Positions 60,416-64,000 of a stretch of 64,000 nucleotides of DNA are shown one piece after another (position 1 is the stretch's first letter; every line of letters begins with the position of its first letter). The stretch lies in the NCBI GenBank assembly GCA_002269645.1, contig NIVC01001855.1, positions 62,001-126,000 on the forward strand, in the 5' to 3' direction. The notes under the pieces were generated by a model. That model saw only the letters and a program-made list of their open reading frames with translations. It ran no database searches and was not told where the DNA came from. This DNA is from Macrostomum lignano. Taxonomy: Eukaryota. A program made the position numbers and the translations under genes.

Positions 60416-62706
60416 ATGTCAATTTTCAGGACGCCAACGTTACACACCAGAAACGAAGCAAATCAAGATGAGGATAACAACGTCTCGATTAGATTAAGTC
60501 AATCCGATGACGATATTCAACGACTCCCAGTTCGTCGTAAGCGTTCAAAACTGACAGCCTGTCTGCTGCTACTGGGAGCCATTCTGACGGTGCTCCTGTC
60601 GGCTGCAGCCGCGGCTCTCTCAGCATTTTACATCGGCAGGATCGACTGTCACAAGGAGTCAGAGATCTCTAATAGAAGTGCCTTGCAAGTAGTCGATCAA
60701 AAATCATTCAAGGGATTCGCTGGGGCTGACAACTGCAGCCAGTACGAGCCGCTGCAAGTGTGTCGCAGTTTCCAGCGAGTCGCTAGCCTACAGTGGAGCG
60801 TTGAAGGCACCGGATTTAAAGACGGCAGCGTTGATCGGTTGCGCTTGGTTCAACAGCAAGCCGCTAGCGCGCTAATTGAAGCGCTGGTTAGACCGGAGCC
60901 TTCAATTAGCGCCAAGAGTTGGATGCGAGCCGCCTCAAGTCTGGCGCTGTCATGCATGAGGTCCAGCCCCGCCAGAGACCTGTTCGGACGAGAGGCAATC
61001 GCGGTGGAGCCGGCTCTGGCTCGCCTACTAGGAAGGCACACCGGCCTGCTGAGCACTCGATTCACTAAGCCTAGGAATGGTGAAGCGTCCGAGCGACTGT
61101 TAGGCTACCTGGCGGGATTGGGCCTACCGGCGGGAGTCGAACTCGCAACTTACCCAGCTGCCGATTACATAACTGTGCCGCTAAGACTGCAAGCGTCTGA
61201 GATGTCGACTTATGCTAGTGATGTAGATGATAAGTAAGAAATTTCGGATTTCGTTAATGTCGCGTTTAACTTTATAATCTGCCTGGCGATACACGCATTT
61301 ACATTTGCTGTCTTTGTTTTTTAATGGCAAGCGCTTGGGCGTATCGAATAGAAGCAGCATCAGCGTTTGAACGAGTCGATCGCGGCCTGCCAGGAGTCAT
61401 AGCCGATCGAATTGTCAGTCTGAGACTGCAGCTCAATCAATTAGAACGGCGAGATGATGAAGGCAGTAAGTGGGAAAACAGCAATAATTATAGGAGCATC
61501 ATTAATATGTACGCTCGTATTTTTAATTTGACCAAAAACGCGCCGCACTATGCAGACGTCACAAAACCTGTGCTGCTGTCAGACCTGGTAGACTTATTTC
61601 CGAGCGGTGAACGCGGCTGGAAAGCTTTCCAACTAGACCAACTGCCAGCAGCGGTCAAAGCGTCCCAACCAAGCGGAAGCAGGACCGGAACTGTAGTAAG
61701 CGTGGACGGTCGTTTCGGATTTATTAGCGTACGCGGACGACTGGAAGTTATGCGGCAACGTCTGAGACTGCTGACAGCCCAAGACCCCGACACGTTGATC
61801 GGTCTAGCATTTATTGAGGGCGCGGGACGATTGAGAAGCTTTTTGCTGGGCAGCAGCGACAAGGGCCGACTGACGCAGGTCGAATCCTGCGCTCGAGCTG
61901 TCCGATTTGCGATGCCGGCAGTTGCGAGTCGGGCTTTCGAGCACCGTCTGCCAGCGGGAATCAACCTGAAGACTGCCAGCGGTGTACCTTCAGAAACTCT
62001 TCTAGCCAAGCTCTACGACGGCCTAAGTTTAAACGACCAAGCAGATTTTTTACTGGATCTTCTGTCGACTATCAGGCACACGAGGGCGATGCTGACGGTC
62101 ATGGCTGCTCGGGGTGGCACAGAAGATCGCGAGGCTCTGCAACTGTTCACCAAATCGGCTTTAGCAACGACTTTTCCATCTACTCGTAGATCTAGCGGAA
62201 AAGAATTTCAACTTCCTGTGCACTTCTATGCGCCGTTTCTTGACTCGTCATTGCAGTTGGCCACGTTGATGGCTTACAGGGTGCTCGATAAAGCTGTCAA
62301 GACGGATACTAGTAAATGCCAAATAGACTCAAGCTCATTCGATCTGGTGACGAACGCTGTACTCAAGGCAGTCAGCATCAGAGCGGCTAGTCAGGCAGTG
62401 CAACACAGTGATTCGACGCTTAGTTGCATCGATTCAATCCGACTCTGGTGCCAGAAAACTGCAGCCGGTGATAAATGGTCGCAGACTGACATTGAAGCGT
62501 GGGTTGCTGAGCAGAAGCTCATTATTAGCCTGTTGCCAGATTGCTCGCCGAGTCGCAGCTGCGGCAACAGCAGCAACATTGGTGTTTCTGAGTCAGTGCG
62601 ACATTGCGCTGAGCAGCTATTTAACCAGCTAGCGAACCACACCAGTCCAACAATGTTGGCACTTCAGATGGAACTGGACAACATAAATTGGAATCATATT
62701 TCATAG
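60416..62706 (+). CDS. Type II membrane protein, 730 aa, probable catalytically inactive neprilysin-like (M13) homologue; exons 60416-61233 and 61332-62706
   Basis: 98 nt phase-2 GTAAGA..GCAAG intron fuses the two long ORFs in frame (2193 nt). N-terminal TM; CARAVRFAMPAVASRAF and LPVHFYAPFLD resemble M13 segments; no HExxH. Gene model is firmer than the family call. Confidence 0.78.
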
Positions 62707-63134
62707 AGAGAGCAGCTTGTGTGGCTCAGTCTTTAACATAAGCCGACTGGTTTCCCAAGGATTTCCCGAAATAATGCCTGAAAAAAAATTTAAACGTGTT
62801 CCTAAAAACAAAGAGGAAAAAATATTTTTCATTTATGATTCTTCTTAATATCTAATTCACAGTGAAATCAGGCACAAATCAGTTTATATTATTTCATTTT
62901 AAAGTGTTTTTGTGTAATATTCGCGTTCGCGCTACAAAAAAACCAGAAGATCAAGCAGAAATGATTATGGAAATTAAAAAAGCTACTTGCTACTAGTAAA
63001 AATATAACAAAACCATACACTCATTACTAGTATCCATATGCTCGAATTCTTTTTTTTCAAAATTACCATGATAAATCAATTGCTTTAATTTAATGAAGTT
63101 CACACCCCAGCGACTGCTTGTCACTCCCAACACA

Positions 63135-63981
63135 TCAAAGCTTAGACTTTCGCGAGAAAAATTTCGCCACAGCATTGAAGCAGTCCTCGGATATCCAGCG
63201 CTCCTGCAGCCGGTTGCACTCCCGTTCGTTGGTGGCGTGCAGCTCCGCTCTGATTGGCTCTCGCAAAAGCTGCTTGGCGTAAATTAGCGTCTGCAAAGAG
63301 ATAGAAGAGGGAGAGAGGCAGATGGGAGACGAAAGGAGAGGGAGATAAGAGAGAAAGGGAGAGAGGGAGATAAGAGAGAAAGGGACAGAGGGAGATAAGA
63401 GAGAAAGGGAGAGACGGAGATAAGAGAGAAAGGGAGAGAGGGAGATAAGAGAGAAGGGAGAGACGGAGATAAGAGAGAAAGGGAGAGAGGGAGATAAGAG
63501 AGAAGGGAGAGAGGGAGATAGGAGAGGAAGGGAGAGAGGGAGATAGGGGAGAGAGGGAGAGAGGGAGATAGGAGAGGAAGGGAGAGAAAAGTTACAACAG
63601 TAGGCTTCTAAAAATCTGAAAACTATTTTAAGCTAGCTAGCTCTCCGCAGCAGAAAATTGAATTAATGAGATCAGTGCATCCAGTGAACAAATCGGTTAA
63701 GCAAAAATTAGCAGATGACCGGCGCTCACCTGTCTGGGCAGGGCGGCAATCTCTTCAACTGCGGCGCCGGCCTCGGCGGCGAAGGAGGCAGCCGGGAAGA
63801 CCCGGCTAACGAGGCCGCAGGACAGCGCCTCCTGGGCGGAGATCTTCCGGTTGAACATGACCAGGGAGGCAGCAGCCGGCAGGCCCATGATGCGGGGCAG
63901 GGTGTAGGAGGAGCAGCCTTCGGGAGTTTGGCCCAGCGAGGAGAATGGCATGTGGAATGTGGCTGAGTCGGAGGCGAACAC
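63135..63981 (-). CDS. ECI2: Peroxisomal enoyl-CoA delta isomerase 2, last two exons (63981-63730, 63290-63135); 5' part beyond the window
   Basis: VFASDSATFHMPFSSLGQTPEGCSSYTLP and NERECNRLQERW..FFSRKSKL* with PTS1 SKL match ECI2; phase-0 intron. Confidence 0.93.
63300..63590. repeat. GA-rich approx. 22-23 bp repeat in the last ECI2 intron
   Basis: GAGAGGGAGATAAGAGAGAAAGG units seen directly. Confidence 0.93.
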
Positions 63982-64000
63982 CTGCGATTAGGGAGTAGGA

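Overview
Eukaryotic (metazoan) genomic DNA with GT-AG introns, GC-rich exons and AT-rich or satellite-filled non-coding DNA. The style resembles the free-living flatworm Macrostomum, but that is inference only. About the first 16.6 kb is satellite: a 47-49 bp array of more than 13.4 kb running off the left edge, then a 41 bp array. I reconstructed ten protein genes by hand, checking splice phases. Minus strand: LPGAT1, an intronless N-myristoylated MIEAP-like gene, SDF2, a KCNE/MiRP-like single-pass protein, a small mucin-like type I membrane protein, a calmodulin-like protein with a broken fourth EF-hand, a two-FN2-domain type I receptor, and the 3' end of ECI2. Plus strand: a secreted PAN + ALK/LTK-type glycine-rich protein and a probable catalytically dead neprilysin-like (M13) protein. 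Most longer introns and intergenic gaps carry their own minisatellite. Mobile DNA includes a 5' LTR with a tRNA-Leu PBS, a solo LTR with a 4 bp TSD, three copies of a tRNA-Val-derived SINE, a hAT MITE with an 8 bp TSD, and several Tc1/mariner-type elements. There is no CRISPR array, rRNA or intact tRNA. Best leads: the KCNE-like subunit, the soluble ALK-type glycine-rich protein (possibly LTR-driven), and inverted copies of one satellite bracketing the FN2-receptor exons. No searches or alignments were run; family calls rest on remembered motifs and need HMM confirmation.
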